A DNA stretch of 64,000 nucleotides from Haplodiscus bocki (Eukaryota): positions 54,622,001 through 54,686,000 of the forward strand of contig OZ296648.1 of the NCBI GenBank assembly GCA_965655095.1. The letters run 5' to 3'. This document shows, piece by piece, positions 36,171 to 48,413 of the stretch. How positions within the stretch are numbered: position 1 is the first letter of the stretch; every line of letters begins with the position of its first letter. The position numbers and the translations under genes were made by a program. The notes below the pieces were generated by a model that saw only the letters and a program-made list of their open reading frames with translations, did no database searches and was not told where the DNA came from.

Positions 36171-39040
36171 TCAATTTTCGAATTCCGCCGCTGAGTAATC
36201 ATCGTAGTCTTCAATTTTTGCATCGTAATTGGCAATCTTTTCTCCATCTACATTATAGTAGAAGTCAGGGGGTGGCGGGGGAGGCACCGCATGTCCACTG
36301 GGGTTTGGCCTAGTTACGTCACGACCACCCGAGGGCTTACCAGGCTTCTCTTGCTGCTGTTTCTGCTTCTCTTTGTGCTTCCTCAACAAGTCCTTCTTTC
36401 GTTGCAACTCGTAAAAATCTTTCTTCAACTGCTCTTCATATTTCTGCAGCTCTTCTTCCGAGAACTGAGGTTCTTCAGGAACTCCTACAAAAAAAGGAAC
36501 TTGCACACTTAGTAGATCTGCGGAAAATTGAATCAAAATGATTGGCTAGAGTTCAAATTAATCCCATGGAAAAATCGAATTATATTTCCAAATATCAATT
36601 TTGTAGACCAATTTAAAATTTAAGAAGCGTATTAAGCTCCTTAGAGCAGACTTACATGATAGAAAAGGGGAACATTCTATGTATTCTGACACTCTAATAA
36701 AGAACCAATTTTTTATAGCCGGTAAGTTCGAGATTGGCCTTTTGCAGATTGTATTCTCATCAATTGAATGGCGCCGTTTTATTCCAAAACTTGCCAGAAA
36801 CTTGAAAACGATAAATAAAAAACCGTCACGTGAAGATGCACGTACCTTTCCATTCTTCGTCTTCGTTAAATTTGGAGCTATCTGTGAATTCACGAAACTC
36901 CTTCCAAGAGACACTTTTGTCTCCATCTTTGTCCACTTGACTCATTATATGTTCTCGCATTCTTGCTCGCTCTTCCGACATGAGTTGTTCTAACTCGTCA
37001 GCTTCATAATTCGCCTTAGCCGCATTGTTGTACATCTTTTCCACTTCTTTCTGGAACATGGCTTCCAACTCCAACTGATCTGCCAACAAAAGGAATACTT
37101 ATTCCTATAGCCAGTATTACGAGAAGAACACATGTTTGGCTATAATTGATAACTTATCAAGATTGCCAAATCATCAACATTTTGTTCACGGTGAAAAGGT
37201 TAACGATCTGTCCGTGAGTAATTTCCAACAGTTTTCTGTATTCATCAGTGTATTGTACATGATACACGAATAGAAGAAAACTATACGAAATTATTGGAAA
37301 ACATGCATGTCCGCACGAGATACAAAATTTATTTCTGCATGTATGTCCCTGTCTCATTGATTCATTGTTTTGCACGAACTTCTAACCCAGTCTTTCATCC
37401 CCATTTGTGTCATGTAGCTGGAAGAACGTCTTTGGGTTGAAGGTGTCCCTGTCTAAGTGATCTTGCTCCTCCCATACATCTTCTAAACTCTTTTTATGTC
37501 CAGGCTCGTGCACCTTCGGGTGTTGCTTCAACTTCTCCCGCTGTGCGTTGAACTCTCGTTCCTTCTGAGCTCTTTCTTCAGGTGTCAACTTCTCGATGTG
37601 CTTTCTTCTATCCAACTCTCGTTTCATTTCATGCTGCTGAAATTGCCGTCTTCGACGCTCGTCTATTTCATCTGTTTGCAAAGTTTCAGTTTCTAACTGA
37701 TGTGCACTTATTGTTAATTTAATATTCGATGATTTTTTACAGAAGATGTATTTTTTTATACTGACTTTGATTTGCATAATTGATTTTTCAAAATTTGTTA
37801 GTTAAAAATATATAAAACACTCTTCAGGAACATTTCGGGCACCAAGATTTTAACCAAAGTTTTTAGGCAAGAACGGCTACGTAAGCTGTAAAACATTCTA
37901 ACGATATCTTAATTTTTTCCGGGATTTTTCCGCCGAAGATCTGAGATAAATAATGAGCATGCAATAAATTATGAGTCTTAACGCAAGACATACATCATCG
38001 AAATTCAACGTCGTCTTGAAGTGGGGAATTTAATTTAGGACCCTGACGGAGGAGGACCGTGGAAAAGACTGACTAATAGATATTGATCGTTAACTTGAGG
38101 TCGACTTTTGAGTAGATTAGAGAAGTTATAAAGTAAAAAGATTCGTTAAAAATAGTGAAAAAATAACCTAAATCCGCTGTTGCTTTTCTAATGAGCGCCT
38201 GCAGATCATCTTTTGTAAAACTGTCGGCGAACTTGGGATCTTTAGGTTGGGACAAATGAGCCGTCATTGTTTTGATATATTCTGGGTGCACTGCCCTCTC
38301 TTTGTTTTCAAGTCTGGAGAGTTCTCGGAAATCTGTTCTTAACCGGTCCACTTCTCTTCTCTTGGCTTCGTCTAATTTCGTTCGTACAGTGTGATGAGCA
38401 AATTCTAGTTCGTCGGCCAGTTTTCCTGTCATGACATCTTCTCGGGTTGCATTGTTCATTTTCGCTTTGAATGATGGGTCGTCTTGTAGAATGCGAGTTA
38501 CTTCTCTGAGGTACTTTTCATAGGCCAGTTCAGCTATATCGTCGGGTAGAGTGTCACCTGTTTCAGGTTCCAGATGTTTTTCCGGTGTTGGTGGATTTGG
38601 ATTTAATCTTCCTACAAAACAGACATGAGAAAGCTTGCCGAACATTTCAAAAACAAAAACTACCTGGCTTTGATTCAATACACAATTTTAAATCAAGATT
38701 CTGAGAGGTTTAAACAATCGTCTACGATATCATAAATTTTTGCTATAGTTCAATTAGTATTACACGCTATAGCATCTACTCGGAGAATAGAGAATGTTTT
38801 ATGCTCACGAAATCTCTTTCATACGTTATGAACCAATAAAAAAAACTGGCGCCAGAAAGTTTTTAACTAACCTGGATGAGGTGGAGGAGGACCTCGAGGA
38901 ACATGCCTTATATTAGGATTGTCTGCATGCATCTTTGTGATGCGTCTAGAGTCAACTGGCTGCGGTAAATAGAGGGCATTGCAGAGAAAAAGTAGTAGAA
39001 ACAAATAACTCCTCATGACAACAAACGATGATGATGACAT
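36171..39040 (-). CDS. NUCB: Nucleobindin (NUCB1/2-like) secretory/Golgi EF-hand protein, copy A, ~481 aa
   Basis: Exons 39040-38872, 38611-38168, 37671-37387, 37079-36846, 36484-36171, all phase-1 GT-AG. Signal peptide, YEKYLREV, VRTKLDEAKRREVDRLR, FNPKTFFQLHDTNGDERLDQLE (EF1), VDKDGDKSVSWKEF (EF2). The start could instead be ATG 39016. Confidence 0.93.
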
Positions 39041-42000
39041 CTCGTCGAACGAGTCGATGCTCACTCAGCTGAAACCCTCAGCTACTACCAATCCCACTTT
39101 TTGGCACAAAAATGCATAAAATACCTAAAAAAATGATTAATTAAGCAAGAACGGCGTGGGATTTCCTCTGCAACAAATAGAAGACAACCAATTCTCAACT
39201 GTACACATCTCAAAACTACATGCTTCAACTCATGAAATTACACGCAACTCAAGAAAATGACCTTTTTGAAGCTTCAGAGAAAAGTGCGCAATTACTGACC
39301 CCTTTTCATCGTGTATTCAAAGAGTTGAATTCTCCGACACGAACAGAGTGGCTCGAAATTCAAGAGGGATTACGAGAGAAAGACTTGGAACTAACTAGTG
39401 CATGACCAAAAACTTGAAAACAACAAACCAACCCACTAAATCGTTTTCAAAAAAAGCAGAAGCAAGATGGTCAAATTTAGGGAAGATCGAGCATTTCTAA
39501 AAACTCGAAACAATCTACATGGAAAGGCCCCAAAAATGCAAGTCACTGCTAGGCTTCAAGCACTGAGAAAACCGAAAAAAAAGAAGAAAACTAAGTTTAC
39601 GTTAAGCTTACTTAGTAAAGGATTTCACTTTCTTAAGTCGAATTAACCTGAAACTAGAGGCACACGACCAAAGAAACTATTTATCATCGCTAGACAATTT
39701 ACACGCCGTTTGGAACAATTTTGTGAAACAAAAATTTTGGGTGTGAATTCTTTTCATTTATCGTGCAATTGGTAGATTTTATGCTAGGAGCGGCCCAAAG
39801 TAGACGCCACCCGTATGGCCCAAAATATCCATGGTTTTCCTTCATTTTTGAAATATCGTGTCTTTTCAGAGAAAAAATTTGGCATAGCCGTGTTTTTTTA
39901 GTAAAAAAATTGTCTCAGTTTAGTAGAATGACTCATAGTTACGATATATACTTTGTGTGAAAGTTCTTATTTGAAAGACCTTTGGTATAGGTCTTCGCAG
40001 AAATATTTTGGGTATGTGGAGAAAAGGTATCATGCAGAAATTTTGTGCTTAATTTCCAACATTTTTCTGAAGTAAATAAGTTCTTTTCCCGTTTCCGGCC
40101 TGTAATCAATGGGACCCCTCAGCGGCTTTATAAAACAAAACCCATTGCAATAGTTGTGTGCTTTTACCCGACTAAAAACAGGCCAAAAGTCCAACCTGAA
40201 AGCAAACTGCACGTAAAGAAGCTTTCAAATGTTTTGTCGTAAAGCATCACGCTTAAAATTTTTGAACGCGTTCTAGATTTTATGCATTGAGCATTTAAGG
40301 GCCTGAGTGTATTGCAAACTTCCAAATTTCACCCTTCCAACAATTAGACATGCAAATTAAGCCTTTTAAAGTGAGTGATTCTTTACAAAAAACCTTGGAG
40401 AAATGATCACTTTTCTCAATTGTACCGCCTGGAAAACCTGCCTGTAAAAATGGACTGAAATCAAATTGAACATCGAGCAACTAAGTGATTCGTGCTGCCA
40501 CTTCAGCCCAGAATTACGAAAAAAAACAAAAAAATCGTCTCTCGAATTAATTAGATTATCTACTGAAGTTTCAAAAGAACCACTGTAGCTGATTTCAGTC
40601 AAAAGGGAGCGTAATATTAGGCCATGTATACGTGAAAAACTTTTTGACAAGTCGCGACGCTGAATGAAGGAATATTTACAGCAAAGCCAGAGCACATGAA
40701 GGAATTCAGTGAGATTGTGATTTTAGAAGAAAATGATGCGAGTTGGGAACGCGCATAAAAAACGAAAGCGGTCTCCAATACACTTCGCTTGCTCTCTCGC
40801 ACAAAAAATATTCATGCAGAAATTACAGATTACTGAGTTCCTCAAGAAGATGAAAAAAACTACTTTTCAACTTAACACAATTTGATCTAGCACTGCTCTT
40901 GGCTTTCGATTTCAAGAAGCGGGAAATAAGATTCGAATTACATTGGCAAAATTGAGAATACTTGAATCAAGAACTTGAAATCCAAGAGTAAATAGTGATT
41001 TCAGTCTAGCCAGGGGAAGTAAATGTAAACGAATCAAAATTCGTAGGAAATTATCTGACTTCACTTTGTCGCTCACCCAACCGGTCAAGAATGCGTTTGC
41101 GAAGGACGCTCGAATATGCGACGCAGAGAAAAGAGAAAGTAAAATCTATAGGCCTTAAGCCTACAAGCTCAATGCCAAGTAATGTAGGCATACTACAATA
41201 GTCCTTTTCATGAAGTAGATACTACTATAGTCCTTTTCAGTAAAAACTAAAGCGCCGAACAAAAAACTGAACATCAAATGAATTATGTTCCTTCTGTTTA
41301 TGAAATATGAGCGGAAAGAAATGCTAGTCTGTAGAAAATATGTTTCTTCAAAAGAATCATTGGAAACCATTTTAACAAAAAGGCGGAGCGGAACTTCGCC
41401 ACACGTTCTGACTAGGAGTTGAGAACCCAATCAAAAATACAGATTACAGTCAAAGGTCCTCAGAAACCCCATGACCGCGGACCACATGATTCGAACATTT
41501 AGAAACACTACAGCAGCTGTCCATCAACATTCTTTCCATCGAATTGCTTTAAGTACTTGTCACAGGGTCTCACTCAAAAACTTGATCTGTCAATCATGCC
41601 TTTTAAGATTACGCCATTTCACAGCCCGATTTGTAAAAAAACAACGCCAAAATGAAAAACTACCTGTCAAAAAGAGGTCGTTTTTGACCGTTTAAACTAC
41701 ACCACTAAATTATTGGAAGACGTCAAAAAACGTTTCAAACGAGATAATAAAGCTGGGTATAAGCTGTTTCCATTACACATTCTTCTTTTCAGTATTTCAA
41801 AAAAAAGGTAAAACCCAGCTTCACTCAAACCAATTAATATACGATTGACTTTTGGAACAATTTAGGTTGAAAAGAAGGAAATAAAACACAGTGTTCTAAG
41901 AGAAATCGATTGTCTAAATATAAGAGCTGTCATAGGAGAAATTGCAAAATTAATATTCCCTCTCATTTTTTCTGTCGCCAAAAAACAGAACTTCACATCC

Positions 42001-45000
42001 CGAAGGTTGCCAAAATGACCATCGACAAATTTAATTTCTCTGCAATCCACACCACGTTTTCTAACTTCTTATTGCAATTTTCCTGAAACGTTGCACATCT
42101 ATTAATCGTATATTCGTTTGGTATTCTCTTTTCATGCCCTCCTAGCGTACTGTAAGGAAACCCCCCCCCCCAACGATTAAAAATTATCTTCTCTGCTTTG
42201 CCAAAACTCACTGGCACCTAAATTGAACGCAGAGGTGAAATTTAGTTCGCAAACATTTGCCAAAGAAATCACAGCTCAAAATGATTCAAAAACAACAAAA
42301 ATGAAATCGCATTCCACCAACACAATCTCAACACACCTCGAATACAATGAAAGCTCTTTCGCGATAAAATCATTAAATAGACCATCCGCGGTACTCCACA
42401 CAATATGGTCGCTCTGGGTCATTTCATTGCATTTCCGAAATAAAGCGTAGCAAATTTCTCAGATTGAAGATTTTCTCTCATTTGAAAGTTCGAACAGAAA
42501 GAAAAAATGGCTCTGGCTTTTCCGCTTTAGCGGTCGAAAAAACTTTCCGTTCAATAGGATGACAAACTGCAATTGATACTACAACCGAACAAAAAATTGC
42601 AAAAGCATAAGAAAAACAATGTAAAATGTAAAGTTTCACTTTGAACAATACGATCAGGTTGCGGTGAAAATAGGCATATTACGTCATTAGTTGGAACAAA
42701 ACAGTTTACGTCATTCTCAAAATTGGTAGTAGCCTACGTAATAGCAGCGGATTTACTGAACTGACAGAACATCAAACTAGGCCAGTGTCCGATTGCAGTT
42801 ATGTCCGGTCTGCAAAAACCAATTCCGAAACAATTCTTCGATCCAAGTGTAACACACATTCAAAACTTCGTTTCATAACACTAGTGAGACTAGGGAAACC
42901 AGTTCACTGTTAAGAAAACGAACTTTGAGTGTCTACTTTTACTTACATCAGTGCAAACGTAAGTAAAGAAAGCGAAATTTTAAACTGGGAAAAAGTTGGG
43001 AGGCAAAAAAGAATATTTTTGCTATTAACCAAACGTCCAATTATTTAGTGATGCAAGCAGGGCGCAACAACTACGATCAGATTGATGGATTCCAGGAAAA
43101 TCATTCTGAACGAAAGATGCAAGTTTCACTTTCTCGCCTTTCCAGTGTCATTAAAAAAGACGTCTCAATGGAAAAGGACAACGGACAAAACATTGTACTC
43201 ACCAGACGTTCTAGGAGAAATCAATATGGCGGCTGATTGCTGCAAGGCAAATGGTTGTAACAACAGAGCGCACCTTCCAAGAGAGTTACATACTTAACTT
43301 TGTTGACTTTCTGACTGAAAATAAAAAGTTTTCAGAAAAAAATAGTGGAATCCACCAGTGTTGCTCCAGAGAGCCTGAACGCAGCACATACTTGAAATTT
43401 GAGAAAGTTAGCGCTAGCTGGACGCGATCGGACAATTTTTTCGAGAAAAACTGTAAACGAAAGCAGAAAGTAAAAACACGTTTCATTATTGAAATATAAC
43501 CTAACACCTTTGTCATAAAGGAACATATGAGACAATCCGAGCAACTTTGCAGAACACTGTTACTGACCGGTGAAAAACAAATTTTTTTGCAAATGCAAGT
43601 TGGTCAGAGATTGCTCGTCTCCAGAACTCGAAATCGACGAAAAAATACCAAGCAGGTTCAATGGGAAGAGACTAGCTGTAAAAGAGCTGAAGGCAAATTA
43701 TCAGAATAATATTAAAACTACTTTTAAGGACCGGTCAAAAAAGATCGTGCCGATCTTTTTCGCGATAGAATACTTTCCATTCCAGCCACTTCTAGGCAGG
43801 AAGTAGCCGAAGAGGAGCAAAATGGACGCAATGGGACCATTAGGTCCCAATAAACAACGCTCTTAAAGGAAAGCGCGAAGATGGAGCATCTTTGGTTTTT
43901 CAAAAACGAATTAACAACGTTCGTGAGAGAAGCACAAAATGGTAAATCCCAGCTATTGTTCTCTTGCTCCGGTTAGCACGCCCACTTCAGCTGTAGGGAC
44001 GCAATCGGACGCTTAGCTCCCAAAAAAATGCTAAGCGAAAGATGCAATTCAAGAACTTTATCAAATTGCTAAATATAACTTAATTTCCAAGCGAAAAAAA
44101 CCAACCCAGGCCCTAATCAGAACTCTTAGCTTGCGATTAGTGAAATATTTGCTTGACGAATGCAATGGTATCGAATGCTTGAAAAACAACCATGAAGGAA
44201 GACGTTGAAAAGAAGTTTGCAGGTTCCAAAACGTCATTTGCGTTGAGTTACCCATTTATTCACAATCGCTTCACAAGCATGTACAGGAAAAAAGCGTGAA
44301 AATGTATTTAGAGCAAAACGAGAGCACATGAACAAACTTGGTAGTCCCTCGTGAGCAGTGGTGTCAAGAATTTTATCAAAAATGTCAATTTCTACCGGAC
44401 GGAAAATACAAATGTCATTTGCTATACACACGATTAGCTAAACTCAACTCGGTATAAAACGGGCAAAAATACGCTTGGCAAACACTTGCGAAACTTACTT
44501 CTACATGAATAATTTCTACATTCTGTAGACTTCACTCCCACAGACGGAAGCACCAAATATTCTGCGACTCAAAATCAACCTGCTTTTGTATGCTCAATGG
44601 AATGGAGAGCTGCCCAATAACAGCGTTGTGAGCTGAATAGGACTGGCACTGCTTAAATGAACGCTTCTGTAGCAAATACACCGGAATAGCACAGAAATGA
44701 GGAATATGTACTGTCGGAAGTGCCGCCGAAAAATTAGGAAAGCACAGTCTGATACAACACCAATCTCCCAGAGAACTGGAAGTCGATTGAGCACTGGATG
44801 GCCTCAGTCTGAACAATAGTAATCAAAAAACACACTTCTGGCGAAAAACTCACGAAAAACTCAATAATTTCCCCTTGAAAATTCAGATTTTAAGAAGAAA
44901 AGTAGCTAATCTAAACGCCACTGCTACTTCGCAGATCATCCAAGAAAAGAGAAGTCGAATTAACAATGGATGGCCCCAATTGAACAGCTGGTTGTCAAGA

Positions 45001-45224
45001 ATATTACCACTAGAGTAAAAAAAATATCATTATTTATGTCCAACAGAATCTCAAGACACAGAGCATTTGATTGAGTCGGAATATCGATCGGGTTCGAATC
45101 AATCAACGATTTTTTCTCACAAAATCTCATTTCAACATCCATAAAGATTACATTAACCAAAATGGAAGTTAGTTTAGTGCACTCGCATCAAAAATTGATA
45201 CGACTAGCACTGTAAATAACCAAC

Positions 45225-45905
45225 TTGCTGCATTTTCCAAGAAGCCGCATAACATCGAAATACTTGTCTCGAAACGGAGGGTCGATGGCAACGACACTTT
45301 TCTGATCAAATACAGCTCCGATTTCAACACCTGCTGGTAGTAAATTTGGCCCGAACTGAAACAAATCACCGCAGTACAAATGCATTCGATTGTCGTCTGT
45401 TTTGAAGACAGTCCCAAAACCTTCAATGCTTTGTGCAGTGAGGCTTAAGTTATTTTCTTGTCCAACTAACTGGAGGGCCTTCTCACTGATCTCCAGACCT
45501 GAACAGCGTCACGGATGTACAAAAACATCGTCGGGTCAATCTTTTGATCAGGGACATCAAAGCTAACCTATAACAGTATACCCAAGATTGTAGAAAAACA
45601 ATAGGTCGACCGACTTTCCACAGAGCGGCACAAAAATAGCCAGCTGTTTATCTTTCGGAAGAAAGTCATCTGACATTAGAGTAAGGTGTTCGTGTACAAC
45701 AGGGAAGTGGAAAGCGGGGTTGTCACTCTCGTTCCACATTTCATGCCACTGGTCTAAATGAGCCATAACAATCTGTAAAACCAACCAAAGCTATACCGTC
45801 TCGCTCAATTCCAGCCAAAACAAGACATGAAGCAGAAATACTGATTCTTTACGGTAGAGACATTAATGTGTAAAACATCTGACGCTCAGCAATGCCGCTT
45901 ACCAT
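45225..45905 (-). pseudogene. TPMT: Duplicated TPMT exons 1-3 without their own terminal exon
   Basis: Exons 45905-45903, 45772-45568 and 45498-45225 look identical to copy A. The duplication boundary (42399) lies inside the last intron, so exon 4 was not copied. Confidence 0.8.
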
Positions 45906-46802
45906 GTGCTGATAATTACAATTATGTTAAGTACTTTTGTACATTAAAGCATCATAGAGAATACTGTATGTGCTCTTATAGTGTCTGAGAATTTTGAGTC
46001 AAATATTTGATGGCGTCATCCAAAGTGTTCTTCAAACCAATCACGTGTCAGTGATGTCAGAGTATCACTTCAACTAAAGTTGGTAATAGTGGGAGATGAA
46101 TCGAGTTCCCCAAATAACAGTAAAACTCAAGAGAGCAGCAAAACTTTCGCATTAGGGAGGCTCGAGATTAGGCATGCAGAAAATCGCGTTACGTGAGAAA
46201 AAAATATAGATTGGAAACGTTATGAACACGATGATGAGGATTTAATGTTAATTCTATTTTTGGATCTTTCCTGTTAACTGTTAGTTAAGTTTAGAGCTCC
46301 TGCAGTGGGGGGGGGGGGGTTAACAGAGAAGCTCCCTATTTTTGAAATCTTGTTGGTATCAGCGCCTGACTGGACGAAGAAATCGAAATGAAGAGAAATC
46401 AAAAAGGCTGAAGCGAAAGAAAACAGACTAGAATGACGTTTGTTTGCTTCCTTACACTTGAGTGAGAAGTGGGAAATTAGCGTCAGGAAGGTAAACCTCA
46501 ACGCATAACGCCCAGTAACAATCGAGCTACTCAAATTTGACTACTCAGGATACTTGGTCTACGCGTTTTTAGCGAATAATTCAATTCAAACCGCTGTAAA
46601 CATTGAGAACATCAAATTTATCAATTCAAGGACATTTTAAATTCACTGGAAGTAAACAATTTACAAATGAATATAATATAAATATGCAATCAAGATTTCA
46701 GCAATTCAACACTTTCCCAAACCGAAAACACCACTCACGCTTGGGGCTGACATTTTCTACATTTTTATATCTGCTGTAAGTCCAGGTTACCTTTAATTGA
46801 AA

Positions 46803-47807
46803 TTAGAACCACCAAAACCTCAAGTAAATTACACAAGAAATTAAAATGAAAAAGCCGACACCAAATTTGACGTAATGAGTCCAAGAGCTTAAATTTCTAG
46901 CACTTTTGGAATACTTTGCTGACATCATTGAAAGGTTGCTAGCTTTGTCATCTAAGTCGGATAGCTTGTCTCCTAGCTCGAGAACGTCGTCAATGTTCTG
47001 CACCATGACTCTTTGGATATCTATGCAAAAAACAAAAGTTCGAAAATGAAAGCATGGTCAAAACTACAATTATAGAATCATTGAACCGAACAGAACTGAC
47101 AGCATATATTTCATCAGTTGTTTCAACTGACCAGAAAGTTCATTATAGCAACAAATAAGCAATTAAAACTATACCCAATTTAGGTTAAGCGACGCCATTA
47201 GTACTTCTGTCCCTCTACACGAAGTTTTTGAGCATAACCCACAACCAAAAAGACATTGTTTTCAATCCAACCTATTGTTCCCTTACCAACTTTTGGTCAA
47301 AAAAGGGTGGTCCGCAGAACTAACGAACTAATAACGCTGTAAGAAGAGATTTAAAAGAGGTAGTTCACCTTGCAATTCATTACTGACATTGACAAGCTGT
47401 CGCTTCCCTCTGGCAGATCCATCGGAAAAGGCTTTTTTCTGTCTCTGTATGTAGGTGTCGAATTCGATAAAAGCGTAAGGCCTGGCGACGGAATTGTATC
47501 TTTGAGAATATTGCGTGATGAACTGAGACGATATGTTTTCTAGAAACTCATAGGCTAGGCGCTTGGAATAGGTTCGTTCACAGAGACAGAGGAAGCAAAC
47601 ATCGTTGGTGATAAGGTAATGGAATAGATAAGGCCCGCTCTCTAGGGAACATTGTTGCGGTGATCTCGGACTGAGTTTCTTCAGTAGCTGTTTCGCTTGA
47701 TTCTGATACTCAACTAGTTCTCGACCAGTTTTCTCGTTTTCCAGGGTGATAGAAGCTGCCAGTGGCAAGCCATCGGTTACACGTCCAATGAAAGTTAATA
47801 AAATCAT
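46803..47807 (-). CDS. SEC22B: SEC22 copy B (open frame, QR->EL at the SNARE zero layer, N->S)
   Basis: Exons 47807-47369 and 47020-46803; VLELGDKL replaces VLQRGDKL. Confidence 0.88.
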
Positions 47808-48413
47808 TCAAACCGAAAAAAACGAACAGTTCAGATAGAGCTAAAGTCTCCATCAATCTTTGAACTTGTCGTCAGTTCAGCTTCTCAGAATCTTCATTTT
47901 TTTCTGGCAAAACACAGAAATTGGATTGAAACTGTGCAAATCATTTAAAAAAATTCAAGCAAAAACAGCAGCCTTTCTCTTAATTGGCAATTTCAAAGTA
48001 TTTGCGGGAGAATAATAATTTTTCACAAAAACAGCACCTAGGACTACAGCAATATTGTAGCAATAAAATAATGTTATTGCAGGATAAATATATTATATAC
48101 GCAGTATCATAAAAACCAACTAAGCGAACACATAGTTTGGGTAAATCAAATAATATACACTGAAAAACCTATCGAGATATCCTAATACTCAGTAGGTCGA
48201 TAAAAGTCTGAAGCACCAAAAACACTTCATAGCTTAATTGATTTTAGCAGCTAAAATTGAGCACATTTAAATATGGAAAAAGCTTTATTGCAATTTCATT
48301 TACCAAATGAAGAGTGAGGGCGAACTTTAGATCTAAAACTTTAGACGTGGCTATTCTGCATATAAAAATTCTGCATTGAAAACTTGGGGTGAGGAGACTA
48401 AAGTTCGTTCTTT

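Larger units (their letters stand above)
30163..42397. repeat. Tandem segmental duplication, copy A (12.2 kb)
   Basis: 30163-40899 matches 42399-53137 (offset ~12236-12243), and 40899-42397 matches 55521-57024. Near-identical by eye. Confidence 0.95.
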
